From NCBI GenBank assembly GCA_036404455.1, contig DASWZM010000126.1:1-39258 (forward strand): a stretch of DNA of 39,258 nucleotides. The letters are read 5' to 3'. This document shows positions 27,441 through 36,040 of this stretch, piece by piece (within the stretch, counting starts at the first letter, position 1; each line of letters begins with the position of its first letter). A model generated the notes under the pieces. That model searched no databases. It was not told the DNA's origin and saw only the letters and a list, made by a program, of their open reading frames with translations. Origin of the DNA: Terracidiphilus sp. (GTDB lineage: Bacteria; Acidobacteriota; Terriglobia; Terriglobales; Acidobacteriaceae). Made by a program: the position numbers and the translations under genes.

Positions 27441-28196
27441 ATGGAGCAGTTACCGTGCGGCCGTCGCGTCGCCTTCTTCGGCGGCAGTTTCGATCCGCCC
27501 CATCTGGGCCATTTGGCCGTGGCGCGTGCTGCCCGTGCGGCGCTCGCGTTGGATACCGTGCTCTTCGCCCCGGTCGGCGTTCAGCCGCTCAAGCCGCAGG
27601 GCTCGACGGCCGGCTTTGAAGACCGCCTGGCCATGACCCGCCTGGCCATCGCCGGAGAGCCGGATTTTTTCGTTTCGCTGGCCGACGCGCCAAAGCCCTC
27701 CACCGCTCCCAACTTCACCCTGGACACTCTGCTTGACCTGCGCACCCAGCTCCCGCCGGACGGCGCCCTGTTTTGCCTCATGGGCGCCGACGCATTTTTC
27801 GGGCTGCGCCGCTGGCGCCGGTCGGCGGAGATCCCATTCGTAGCCCCGTTGATCGTCGCTTCCCGCCCCGGCCAGCAGCTTGAAGGCCTGAAGGCCGTGT
27901 TGCCGCAGGGCTTGACCATGGAATCCGCGCCCGGCGCCGATCTGACCGTCCCCGAAGTGCCCGGCTCTGCTGGCGAGGTCCGTTCCTTCCTCCTTCATAA
28001 TCCGGCCGGGGACACCGCTCAGTTCTATCTTCTCCCTGGGCTAAATGTCGAGATCAGCGCCTCGCAGGTTCGAGATGAGATCCGAGACCAGATTCGCAAC
28101 CAGGTCCGCGCGCCGTCTGGATCTCCGATAGCCTCGCACCAGTTCCTCCCCAATGCGGTATTTGATTACATCCGCGCCCGGGGGCTTTATCGATAG
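27441..28196 (+). CDS. nadD: Nicotinate-nucleotide adenylyltransferase
   Basis: FFGGSFDPPHLGH (HxGH), LMGADAF, EISAS and VFDYIRARGLY; adjacent to rsfS. Confidence 0.93.
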   Translation: MEQLPCGRRVAFFGGSFDPPHLGHLAVARAARAALALDTVLFAPVGVQPLKPQGSTAGFEDRLAMTRLAIAGEPDFFVSLADAPKPSTAPNFTLDTLLDLRTQLPPDGALFCLMGADAFFGLRRWRRSAEIPFVAPLIVASRPGQQLEGLKAVLPQGLTMESAPGADLTVPEVPGSAGEVRSFLLHNPAGDTAQFYLLPGLNVEISASQVRDEIRDQIRNQVRAPSGSPIASHQFLPNAVFDYIRARGLYR

Positions 28197-28271
28197 GGCC
28201 GTTCAGCCGGCCACGGCTTGCCCCTGCCTGAACGAGGGTCTACGATTAAACTTGGAGAACATTCCTACCGA

Positions 28272-28877
28272 ATGACAACAACCGAAGCACACCGGCAAAC
28301 CCGCATCCTCGTTCAGGCCGCTGCCCAGGTCTGTGAAGACAAGAAGGGCCAGGACACTCGCATTCTCGAACTCGACCCCATCGACGCCGGCCTGTCCGAC
28401 TTCTTCCTCGTTACCTCAGCCACAAATGACCGCCAGGCCGTCACTATCGCCGATGAGATCGAACATCGCCTCAAAAAGGAATTCGGCGCCTATCCCAACT
28501 CCGTCGAGGGCCGCCGCCATGGCGAATGGATTCTCCTCGACTATGTGGACTTCGTGGTGCACGTCTTTCTCGCCACGCGCCGCGCCTTTTATGACATCGA
28601 GCGCCTGCGCAAGTCCGCCCGGCCCCTCACCCCGGCCGAGTTCGATGCCGAGCTCAAGGCCATGCTGGCTGAAAAGACGCGCGCTGTTCGAGGGAAAGCA
28701 CCTGCGAAAACAGCTGCCCCCGCGGCCAAGGCAGAGAAGGCCGCGAAGAAGAGCGCCCCAAAGACCAAGGCCGCAATGGTCAATGCCGCCCTTAAGAAGA
28801 CTCCCGCCAAGAAATCAACTGGAACGAAAGCTGCCGCGATGAAATCCCCTCGAAGCGCGTTGAAGGGAGCGAAGTAG
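28272..28877 (+). CDS. rsfS: Ribosome silencing factor with a long Lys/Ala-rich C-terminal tail
   Basis: EDKKG, DFFLVTSA, RQAVTIAD, EG...WILLDYVDFVVHVF and RAFYDIERL. Confidence 0.93.
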   Translation: MTTTEAHRQTRILVQAAAQVCEDKKGQDTRILELDPIDAGLSDFFLVTSATNDRQAVTIADEIEHRLKKEFGAYPNSVEGRRHGEWILLDYVDFVVHVFLATRRAFYDIERLRKSARPLTPAEFDAELKAMLAEKTRAVRGKAPAKTAAPAAKAEKAAKKSAPKTKAAMVNAALKKTPAKKSTGTKAAAMKSPRSALKGAK

Positions 28878-28903
28878 AGAGACCTGGTCTCTACTTCACT
28901 CCC
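28865..28903. terminator. Hairpin spanning the convergent stop codons of rsfS and the GWxTD gene (possible bidirectional terminator)
   Basis: GGGAGCGAAGTAGAGA / TCTCTACTTCACTCCC: 16-bp arms with one mismatch and a 7-nt loop. There is no clear U tract. Confidence 0.45.
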
Positions 28904-30975
28904 GCGGCTAGAGTTCGCAGTTCACGCGCCCGCGCAGTGTTTCCGGTCGCTTCGCACGCATCCGCCAAAGCGTGATACAGGTCAACGTTTGGCTGTTGAA
29001 GCTTTATTTGCGCATCCAACATGTGCACGACGTCCTTGGGGTCACCGGTCTTCGTGAGTGCCTGCGCAATTCCCAAAAGGGTCTTGGGGGCGGCCGCGGT
29101 TCGAACCAGGATGGGCTGCTTGCTGAGCGCCGCCAGTTCCGCGCTCTGTTCGTGCCGCCCGAGAAGGGCGGCGAGCTTATCTAGCGGGCGCATATCTGTC
29201 GAGCCTTCGGCGAGAGACCTGGTGTACCAGTTCTGTGCCTCCGTGTCGGCGCTTTGTGCTTCAGCGGAGAGGCCACGCTTGAAGTCGTCGAGCGCTTCGC
29301 CATCGGGGTCCATGGGACCGTATGCCGTCCATGTATCGACGTAACCGTCCGCCGACATGACGTGAAGAGTCATGGACTCGTAACCGGTTTGATGCTCGCC
29401 GACTTTGTTTGCACCCACCACCAGCCGGTACGTCCCCGGCAATAGAGCTGAGGTATCGAGGGTGTGGCCCGTCAGCAGGTTCCCGGCCTGGTCGCGGTTG
29501 GACGCGTCCACGTCTTCGTCCTCCTCATGGGGATCGGGGTGGGATGCTGTAACTTCGCCGAAGACGTAGCGCAGGTGGATCTTCTCCGACTCCGCGGTTG
29601 CAGCCGATTGGGGATCCAACCACAACTGGAATACCAGCGGCAGCTTGTCTCCCTGGCGCAGATAGACTGACTGCGCCCCGCGGGGTGAAAAGCGCAGCCT
29701 CGAAACGCTGAATGGGAGCTGGTTTTTGGGGTCGGGCACGGCGGCCGGCGCCTTGTACGCCAGAAGGCTCGATAACCCCACCTCCTGGCTCTTCACCGCG
29801 GGCACTGTAATGCTGGCGTGCTGGCGTGAGGCCGTTTGATTCAGATTGTTGGTCAGCGTCGCCACCACGGTATAGGTTCCCGGAGCCAGGGGGATGCGCG
29901 CTTCAGCGGCAAACCGCTTCTTCTTGGCATTCTCGGCCTGTGCCTCGGTCACCTTTCCCGTCAAGCGGTCTTCCTGGTCGTACACTGGCTTCCCGGCCGC
30001 TGTAAGCACTGAAGTGCGAAGGGCAAAGTCGTAGTACAGGCTGTTGTCGGCACGGCGGCCAATGCCCTGCGGGTCAACAGACCCCATCCGTAACAAGTAA
30101 CTCAGGGTCGGGCGTCCCTGGTCGTCGCGAAACACGGCGTAGCTGAATTGCGCATCCCGCTCCCCCACAAGAACGCTCATTGTGACGTGCTCGCTCACCC
30201 GATTCGCATTCAGCAGTTCTTGAGTGTGTGGATTATCCGCCAAACCTTCTATCGTGGCGAGCAATACATCTGACGATAGGCTGGGCTGGTAGTCGTCAAA
30301 GTCCACCGACTCGCCCGGAATGAGGCTCAGTGCTGTCTTGGCGACCTCCTCTCCAAGCGACTTGCGAAGGATATCGAGGCTTCTCTTCTGATCATTCAGG
30401 GCCTCGAGCGACGAAACCAGCCGTGCCGGACCGTCCTGATTTGGAGAGTAAAGAGCATATGGTTCGCCGATGCTGCGTTTATAAAACACCAGGTTGAAGT
30501 AAGGCGGCAAGGCAAGGCTTGGAGCCTGGTAAAACCAGATCTCCAATGGCCGCACATTCCGAGCCGCCGGGTAGGTGACCACTTGTTTTGGCGCACCTAG
30601 AATGATATAGATGCGCCCCTGATCGCTTCGCCAGCCATTCTGCGCCTCGATGCTGCCGAAGTGCTCGTTCGCGTACGCCAGCCGGCGATAATGTTCGTCT
30701 CTGTAGGCGTTCGACTCGGACCCGGGATCCGGGTTGCGAATCTTCCAGAACGCCGCAATAAAGCTATCGCGCTCAACATCGGACGTTAGAGCCAGGAATT
30801 GCTTCCTCTCACCGCTGCCGATGATGTAGTTGACCTCTTCGTTCACCCAGTGTTGATACCGAGGAGGCAGACTTTTCGAGCGGTCGGCAGCATGCACAAA
30901 TGGAGCGAGGGAAATCAGAATCAGGACTGAAGCCAAAGTGCGGGAGAAAATCGAATTCAAGAGACGAAACTCCAT
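28891..30975 (-). CDS. GWxTD domain-containing exported protein with a TPR-like C-terminus
   Basis: Signal peptide; WVNEEVNYII...FW..R.PDP....N....EHYRRLAYAN.HF....GWRSDQGRIYIILGAP...EIWFY. Confidence 0.88.
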   Translation of the reverse strand: MEFRLLNSIFSRTLASVLILISLAPFVHAADRSKSLPPRYQHWVNEEVNYIIGSGERKQFLALTSDVERDSFIAAFWKIRNPDPGSESNAYRDEHYRRLAYANEHFGSIEAQNGWRSDQGRIYIILGAPKQVVTYPAARNVRPLEIWFYQAPSLALPPYFNLVFYKRSIGEPYALYSPNQDGPARLVSSLEALNDQKRSLDILRKSLGEEVAKTALSLIPGESVDFDDYQPSLSSDVLLATIEGLADNPHTQELLNANRVSEHVTMSVLVGERDAQFSYAVFRDDQGRPTLSYLLRMGSVDPQGIGRRADNSLYYDFALRTSVLTAAGKPVYDQEDRLTGKVTEAQAENAKKKRFAAEARIPLAPGTYTVVATLTNNLNQTASRQHASITVPAVKSQEVGLSSLLAYKAPAAVPDPKNQLPFSVSRLRFSPRGAQSVYLRQGDKLPLVFQLWLDPQSAATAESEKIHLRYVFGEVTASHPDPHEEDEDVDASNRDQAGNLLTGHTLDTSALLPGTYRLVVGANKVGEHQTGYESMTLHVMSADGYVDTWTAYGPMDPDGEALDDFKRGLSAEAQSADTEAQNWYTRSLAEGSTDMRPLDKLAALLGRHEQSAELAALSKQPILVRTAAAPKTLLGIAQALTKTGDPKDVVHMLDAQIKLQQPNVDLYHALADACEATGNTARARELRTLAAGVK

Positions 30976-30986
30976 CTGAAATGCGA

Positions 30987-31013
30987 AAGGGAGAGAGTGA
31001 GCCTCTCTCCCTT
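30987..31013 (-). terminator. Stem-loop between the TonB receptor and GWxTD genes
   Basis: AAGGGAGAGA / TCTCTCCCTT perfect 10-bp arms with a 7-nt loop, ending 11 nt before the GWxTD ATG. Confidence 0.55.
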
Positions 31014-31034
31014 AAGGTTAAATTCTATCAACTT

Positions 31035-34000
31035 CTAGAACTCGAAGCGGATAGTTGCCCGGGCATAAAACGGGCCCTGGAAGCTTGTTGGGCGGCCATA
31101 GTCCGTGTTCAGATTCGGCGTATTCCCAACCACCGGGGTGCCGTTTGCTGGCTGCTGCGTGTACTCGACCTTGCCCGTGATGGGTTGCGAGTTGGTGACA
31201 TTGATTGCATCCAGGCCCAGTTTCAGCACTTTGTCCTCGTGGAGGTGAAGAGCATATTCACCCTTCAGGTCGAGTTGAACAGTGGAAGGAGTGCGTCCGG
31301 CCGCGCCACGCCCGCCGAGCGGAACCTCACCCTGGTTCAGATAGATTGGGTGATCGCCTAGATAGCTGAGAGGAACGCCGGATTGTCCGCGGAGAGCTAC
31401 ACCGCTAGTAAGCCCTTTGAGAGCATGGACGATCCGGCTGTCGGCTCCGACCGTATAGCTCAGGAACATGTTGCCTACAACACGCCGGTCCGTGCTCAGG
31501 TAACCCGGCCTGAATTGATCGCCGAGCAGATTCAGCTCGCCCGCCGTAAAGTCAAACAATGAGCTGATGCCAGGGTCGGACTGACCGTTGTCATTGCGGT
31601 AGGCGCCTTCATAGTTGCCCCAAAGATTGGCGAACCGATAGTTCACCGCCGCCAGCCAGTGATTGCTGAAACGCTTGTCCAACTCCAGTTCCATGGCCTG
31701 ATAATGGCGAGAAGGATCGACAAAACCGTCGGGCTTTCCATCGCCCGGCCCGGCATCCATAGTCGCCAGGTTCAGGAAGCAGGCGCCACCGAGAGGAGTG
31801 TTGTTCCCATCGACAAAGATGCCGCCAGCGGAGAAGAACGTGTCGTTGCTCGTGGTGCAGCCCGATGCCGGAGGCGCGTACACCCAACCGGGTTGGCCCG
31901 CGTTCGGGTTGGCCGTGGCCCACTGCGCTGGAGTATAAGTGACCTCCTGGTCGTTGACCGCGATATCCGTCTTGGAGGACGGATTGGCAATGCCGCCGTT
32001 GTAATTCCTTCCAATCGTCGAACCTTCCGGCGACTGGCTGCCAATGTCCTCGATGATGCGTGCCAGGCGGCGATCAATGTAGCGCGCCTTGAACACCATC
32101 CCGCTCTTGACCTCGCGCTCGAAGCCCACAACAATCTCATTCTCATACTCGGATTTCGTTCCGGGGATGATGCCCTCGCCGGTCGAAGAAGCGAAGCTCG
32201 GAGAGCCGAAAGTCGAGACGGCGCCGGCGTTGGTGGCCTTGGGCATGCCGTTCAGGTTATGGGCGTCATCCGGAACGATGACCAGGGCGCCGCCTTGCAC
32301 GACCGGGGCAAAGTAGTAGGCCGTATCGTCTTGTTCGTTGCCGAGCTGACGGTTGGCCGCATCCAGCGGCATGGCCCAGAAGTTGCGGCCATAGTTGAAG
32401 AAGAACTTGCCCTTGCGATCGCCGAAAGGATCGACATTGACGCCGATGCGCGGCGACCAGTTCCCGCTGAAGACATAACTCAGCACCGTTCCGGCAACGC
32501 GCTCCTCTTCCCAGCGCGCGCCGGCATCGATGGTGACGAAACGATTCATCACCCAGGTGTCGTCGCCGTAGGCGGCATGGTACCGTTCGAGGGAGTTTAC
32601 ATTCAGTCCGACATAGGTGCCGCGGATTTCGGAAGCAAAGACATGCATGCCATTCCATACCGGGCATTGGGTGCAGGTGCTGTCGGTCAGGTCGTTCTTG
32701 TTGATTGCTGTGACCGTGAACTGAGCATTGGTCTGGGCTCCTGTCACTTTCGAGGGGATATTCGAGAAGAGGCTGGTCAAAGTCGTTCCAGCGGCGTTCT
32801 TGTCCGGAATCGTGAAGAGGGCGCCGGAACGAGCCGGCTGGTAGAGGAACTTGGTGTGGTCGTAAGAGTAGCCGACCGATAAGGTATGCTCACCGAGGAA
32901 ATGGGCCGTCTTCTGCGTATTCACCGTCAAGCTGTAGGTGCCTTCTCTCGACGGAGAATAGTTGCCAAACCCAGTGACGACTGCTCCGCCGGTGCCCGCG
33001 ACCTGAAGCGACTGGTCGGTGATCTGATACTGGTTCAGGGCCGGGGCCTCAATGAAGTGGTCGTAGTTGTAGGTATACGACGCATCCACGAGCCATGTGG
33101 GGGTAATCGTGGCGGTGATGCGGCCCAGAGTATCGCGCGATCCCCACTGGTAGCTGCTGAGCGAGGACGGCAGATTGGCCGTGGACAGCGTATTGGGAAT
33201 CTTGTTGTGGCGCGATGGATCGCCAAAGGCGGCCGCTTCAAACTGGATTTTCGGGGTGAGGTTAAACGTCAGCTTTCCGGCCCAGCTCACCGCCGTGGTG
33301 CTATAGGCAAATGGGCCGTGAGTGACAACGGGCGCGCCTGCTGCGGGTGCGCCAGTGAAGGTGAAGGACGGATCGGCGATGTTTATGTTCTGATCCAGCG
33401 CGGGGTTGAAGGCTCCGAAGAAGAAGATCTTGTCCTTGAAGTGAGGAATGTACCCGCCGAGTTCGAGCGCCAGGTCGTAGTGAGGGTTGGAAAGAGCAGC
33501 GCTTGGGTAGGTTTGCAGGTAGCCAAACTGATAAAACTGTTTCCGGGACGCATACCACGAACCTGGCCCGGCATACGCGCCCACCGCTCCGTGGAAACTA
33601 TTGGAGCCGGACTTGGTTACCATCTGGACGATACCGCCCTGGGCCTTGCCGTACTGAGCCTCAAATCCATAGGACTTAACGTCAACTTCCTTGATGAACG
33701 CCAGGTTGATGCCGGTGCCCAGCGATCCATGGTTCGAGTTGAAGGTGCCGAGGCTGCCATAGGCCTGGTCGGTAATGGTAACGCCATCGACGACGTACAG
33801 GTTCTCGAGGCCGGAGGAACCGCCGATGGAGGGGTTTGAGGCGCCGGGGCCGTTCTGGTTCGCAACGCCGGCCACCTGCCCGCCGGCAACACCTGGGGCT
33901 GCGTAGAAGATCGCGCTCACCTGGCGTGCCATCGGAACGCTGTCGTAGAAGGTGTCGGTCAGGTTTGCATCGATCGCGGTGGACTCGGTATCGATGCCGA

Positions 34001-34394
34001 CGGCGCTCGCCGCCACTTGGACCGTTTCTTCAACGTTACCGACAGGCAGCTTGAAATTCAGGAGCGAGGAGACGTTGACCACCACTTCGTTCTTGGCCGA
34101 CCGAACCTTTTTGAAGCCGGCCTTTTCAACCGTGACATCGTAATACCCCGGAACGAGCTCGGACACGCTGTAGTGCCCCTGCTCGTCGGTTATTAACACG
34201 TGCGTTCCTTGCGGGCCCACCAGCGTGATCGTTGCGCCCGGCACAACGGCGGAAGTCGAGTCGACAACAACTCCGTTCAGGCCACCTGTGATCGCGCCAC
34301 TCTGTTGAGCAAGCAACGGAGTAGCCGCCAGGGGCAGAGCGAAGAGCAGCATACGCACTGCAACTGCAGAATATCTCTTGAACCAACTTAGCAT
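31035..34394 (-). CDS. TonB-dependent receptor, Oar-like, with N-terminal carboxypeptidase-regulatory domain
   Basis: Start MLSWFKRY with a GAGGAG RBS; signal peptide, GVVVDSTSAVVPGATI, plug ENLYVVDGVTITD...GGIVQMVTKSGSNSFHG, and C-terminal RFEF. Confidence 0.92.
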   Translation of the reverse strand: MLSWFKRYSAVAVRMLLFALPLAATPLLAQQSGAITGGLNGVVVDSTSAVVPGATITLVGPQGTHVLITDEQGHYSVSELVPGYYDVTVEKAGFKKVRSAKNEVVVNVSSLLNFKLPVGNVEETVQVAASAVGIDTESTAIDANLTDTFYDSVPMARQVSAIFYAAPGVAGGQVAGVANQNGPGASNPSIGGSSGLENLYVVDGVTITDQAYGSLGTFNSNHGSLGTGINLAFIKEVDVKSYGFEAQYGKAQGGIVQMVTKSGSNSFHGAVGAYAGPGSWYASRKQFYQFGYLQTYPSAALSNPHYDLALELGGYIPHFKDKIFFFGAFNPALDQNINIADPSFTFTGAPAAGAPVVTHGPFAYSTTAVSWAGKLTFNLTPKIQFEAAAFGDPSRHNKIPNTLSTANLPSSLSSYQWGSRDTLGRITATITPTWLVDASYTYNYDHFIEAPALNQYQITDQSLQVAGTGGAVVTGFGNYSPSREGTYSLTVNTQKTAHFLGEHTLSVGYSYDHTKFLYQPARSGALFTIPDKNAAGTTLTSLFSNIPSKVTGAQTNAQFTVTAINKNDLTDSTCTQCPVWNGMHVFASEIRGTYVGLNVNSLERYHAAYGDDTWVMNRFVTIDAGARWEEERVAGTVLSYVFSGNWSPRIGVNVDPFGDRKGKFFFNYGRNFWAMPLDAANRQLGNEQDDTAYYFAPVVQGGALVIVPDDAHNLNGMPKATNAGAVSTFGSPSFASSTGEGIIPGTKSEYENEIVVGFEREVKSGMVFKARYIDRRLARIIEDIGSQSPEGSTIGRNYNGGIANPSSKTDIAVNDQEVTYTPAQWATANPNAGQPGWVYAPPASGCTTSNDTFFSAGGIFVDGNNTPLGGACFLNLATMDAGPGDGKPDGFVDPSRHYQAMELELDKRFSNHWLAAVNYRFANLWGNYEGAYRNDNGQSDPGISSLFDFTAGELNLLGDQFRPGYLSTDRRVVGNMFLSYTVGADSRIVHALKGLTSGVALRGQSGVPLSYLGDHPIYLNQGEVPLGGRGAAGRTPSTVQLDLKGEYALHLHEDKVLKLGLDAINVTNSQPITGKVEYTQQPANGTPVVGNTPNLNTDYGRPTSFQGPFYARATIRFEF

Positions 34395-34844
34395 CGAAAT
34401 CTCCTCAAAGATGAATCGGGAACGAAAGGCCATAAAGAGGAGCCTCATGTTCCGCCGTCGTGTCCTACGCGTCTCGGTGGGGGGCTTGGACCGGTCCGCA
34501 AGAGAAATACAAGAAAGGCTGAAATTGCGAAAAAGAGCTTGTTTCGGTTTCGTCCCCGTGGATTCCTTGGTGCCGGGTGCGATTCCTGAGGATGTCAAAG
34601 TCTGCTGATTGTGTGTTTTGTTGCATGACAGTCGCCAATCTCTCCGAGTATGCGAATTAATCTTCTTGTTTCTGAAAATAAACGACTTGACCATGTTCCA
34701 TTGGTAACTGCTGTAGGGGCACGATATGGAATTGTGGATATTTTGCCCCCTACATTCCAAAAATGGCATTCGCGTTCGTTTTGCCATAGCCTGGCCTGCC
34801 TTCCCCCATGTTCCATCGGGCCGCCTTGGGATATCCTCCTCCTC

Positions 34845-35294
34845 ATGCACCTCACCCTGGCCCATATCGGCGCGCGCCCCGGCTCCAAAGACAGCATGGA
34901 CACTCTGACCCAGGCTTATCTCGAACGCTGCTCAGCCTTTGCGCGCTGCCAGACTGAGGCCTTCAAGACAGAAGACGCGCTGCTGGCCTGGCTCGACCGC
35001 CAGAGCGGCCGGAACCCCATCCTCCCCGTCCTGCTCGACAGCCGCGGCAGGCAAATGACCTCCGAGGCTTTTGCCGCCTGGCTGGGCGCCCGCCGCGACC
35101 AGGGAGCCCAGCACATCGTCTTCGCCATTGGACCCGCCGACGGTTGGTCTGAGACCGCCCGCGAACGAGCCCAGCTAGTGCTCTCGCTGGGGCCCATGAC
35201 GCTGGCCCACGCGCTCGCCCGGCTCGTCATCGCCGAGCAGATCTACCGGGCATTTACCATCCTCTCTGGCCATCCGTATCACGCGGGCCACTGA
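34845..35294 (+). CDS. rlmH: 23S rRNA (pseudouridine1915-N3)-methyltransferase
   Basis: LDSRGRQMTSEAFA, FAIGPADG, LSLGPMTLAHALARLVIAEQIYRAFTIL and HPYH. Confidence 0.93.
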   Translation: MHLTLAHIGARPGSKDSMDTLTQAYLERCSAFARCQTEAFKTEDALLAWLDRQSGRNPILPVLLDSRGRQMTSEAFAAWLGARRDQGAQHIVFAIGPADGWSETARERAQLVLSLGPMTLAHALARLVIAEQIYRAFTILSGHPYHAGH

Positions 35295-35413
35295 GGGCGG
35301 ACCGGCTAATAGTTGACGGCAGACAGTCAACGGCTAACGAAAAAGGAGAAAGTTGGCTGTCGGCGACCGGCGGGCTGCAGTTGGCAGCTCCCTACGGACT
35401 GCGTGCACCGGGA

Positions 35414-35448
35414 AACTGTAAGCTGATAGCTGTCAACTGAAAGCTGCC
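35414..35448 (+). repeat. 7-bp tandem repeat (5 x ARCTGNN) abutting the cobO start codon
   Basis: AACTGTA AGCTGAT AGCTGTC AACTGAA AGCTGCC then ATG; complementary units (CAGTTGGCAGCT) lie at about 35378-35389. Confidence 0.65.
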
Positions 35449-35985
35449 ATGACCGACTCCCGGCGAGGACTGATCCTGATCAACACCGGCCCCGGCAAGG
35501 GCAAGACCACCGCTGCCATGGGCACGGCCTTGCGTGCCGTGGGCAACGGCATGAAAGTGCTCATGCTCCAATTCCTCAAAGGCTCCTGGCATTACGGCGA
35601 ACTGGATGCTGTCCAGGCCTTCGGTTCCAACTTCATCCTCAAACAAATGGGCCGCGGCTTTGTGAAAGTCGGCGGCGCGGAAACCGACCCCGAGGACATT
35701 CGACTGGTCGAGGCCGCCTGGGCAGAAGCGCGCCAGGCCATCTACTCCGGCGATTGGGATATGGTCGTTCTCGACGAAATCAACTACGCCATCGGCTACG
35801 GAATGCTGGACCCCGCGGTGGTGGCTGAGGCTCTCCGCGGCCGTCCGGAAATGGTCCACGTGATCCTCACCGGCCGCAACGCCCACCCCTTGTTGGTCGA
35901 GCTCGCCGATACCGTCACCGAGATGCGCGAGGTAAAACATGCCTACGAGAAGGGCATTCTGGCCCAGCGCGGAATAGAATATTGA
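35449..35985 (+). CDS. cobO: Cob(I)yrinic acid a,c-diamide adenosyltransferase (CobO/BtuR)
   Basis: NTGPGKGKTTAAMG P-loop, QFLKG, VLDEINYA, ILTGRNA, ADTVTEM..VKH and GIEY. Confidence 0.95.
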   Translation: MTDSRRGLILINTGPGKGKTTAAMGTALRAVGNGMKVLMLQFLKGSWHYGELDAVQAFGSNFILKQMGRGFVKVGGAETDPEDIRLVEAAWAEARQAIYSGDWDMVVLDEINYAIGYGMLDPAVVAEALRGRPEMVHVILTGRNAHPLLVELADTVTEMREVKHAYEKGILAQRGIEY

Positions 35986-36040
35986 TGCGACCATAACCTG
36001 GGAGCAGGATTTTCCCTTTTCATTTTGAGAAAGAGCTTGC

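Noticed and set aside
31659-33839. 407-aa and 317-aa plus-strand ORFs
   Set aside because: Antisense shadows of the TonB receptor.
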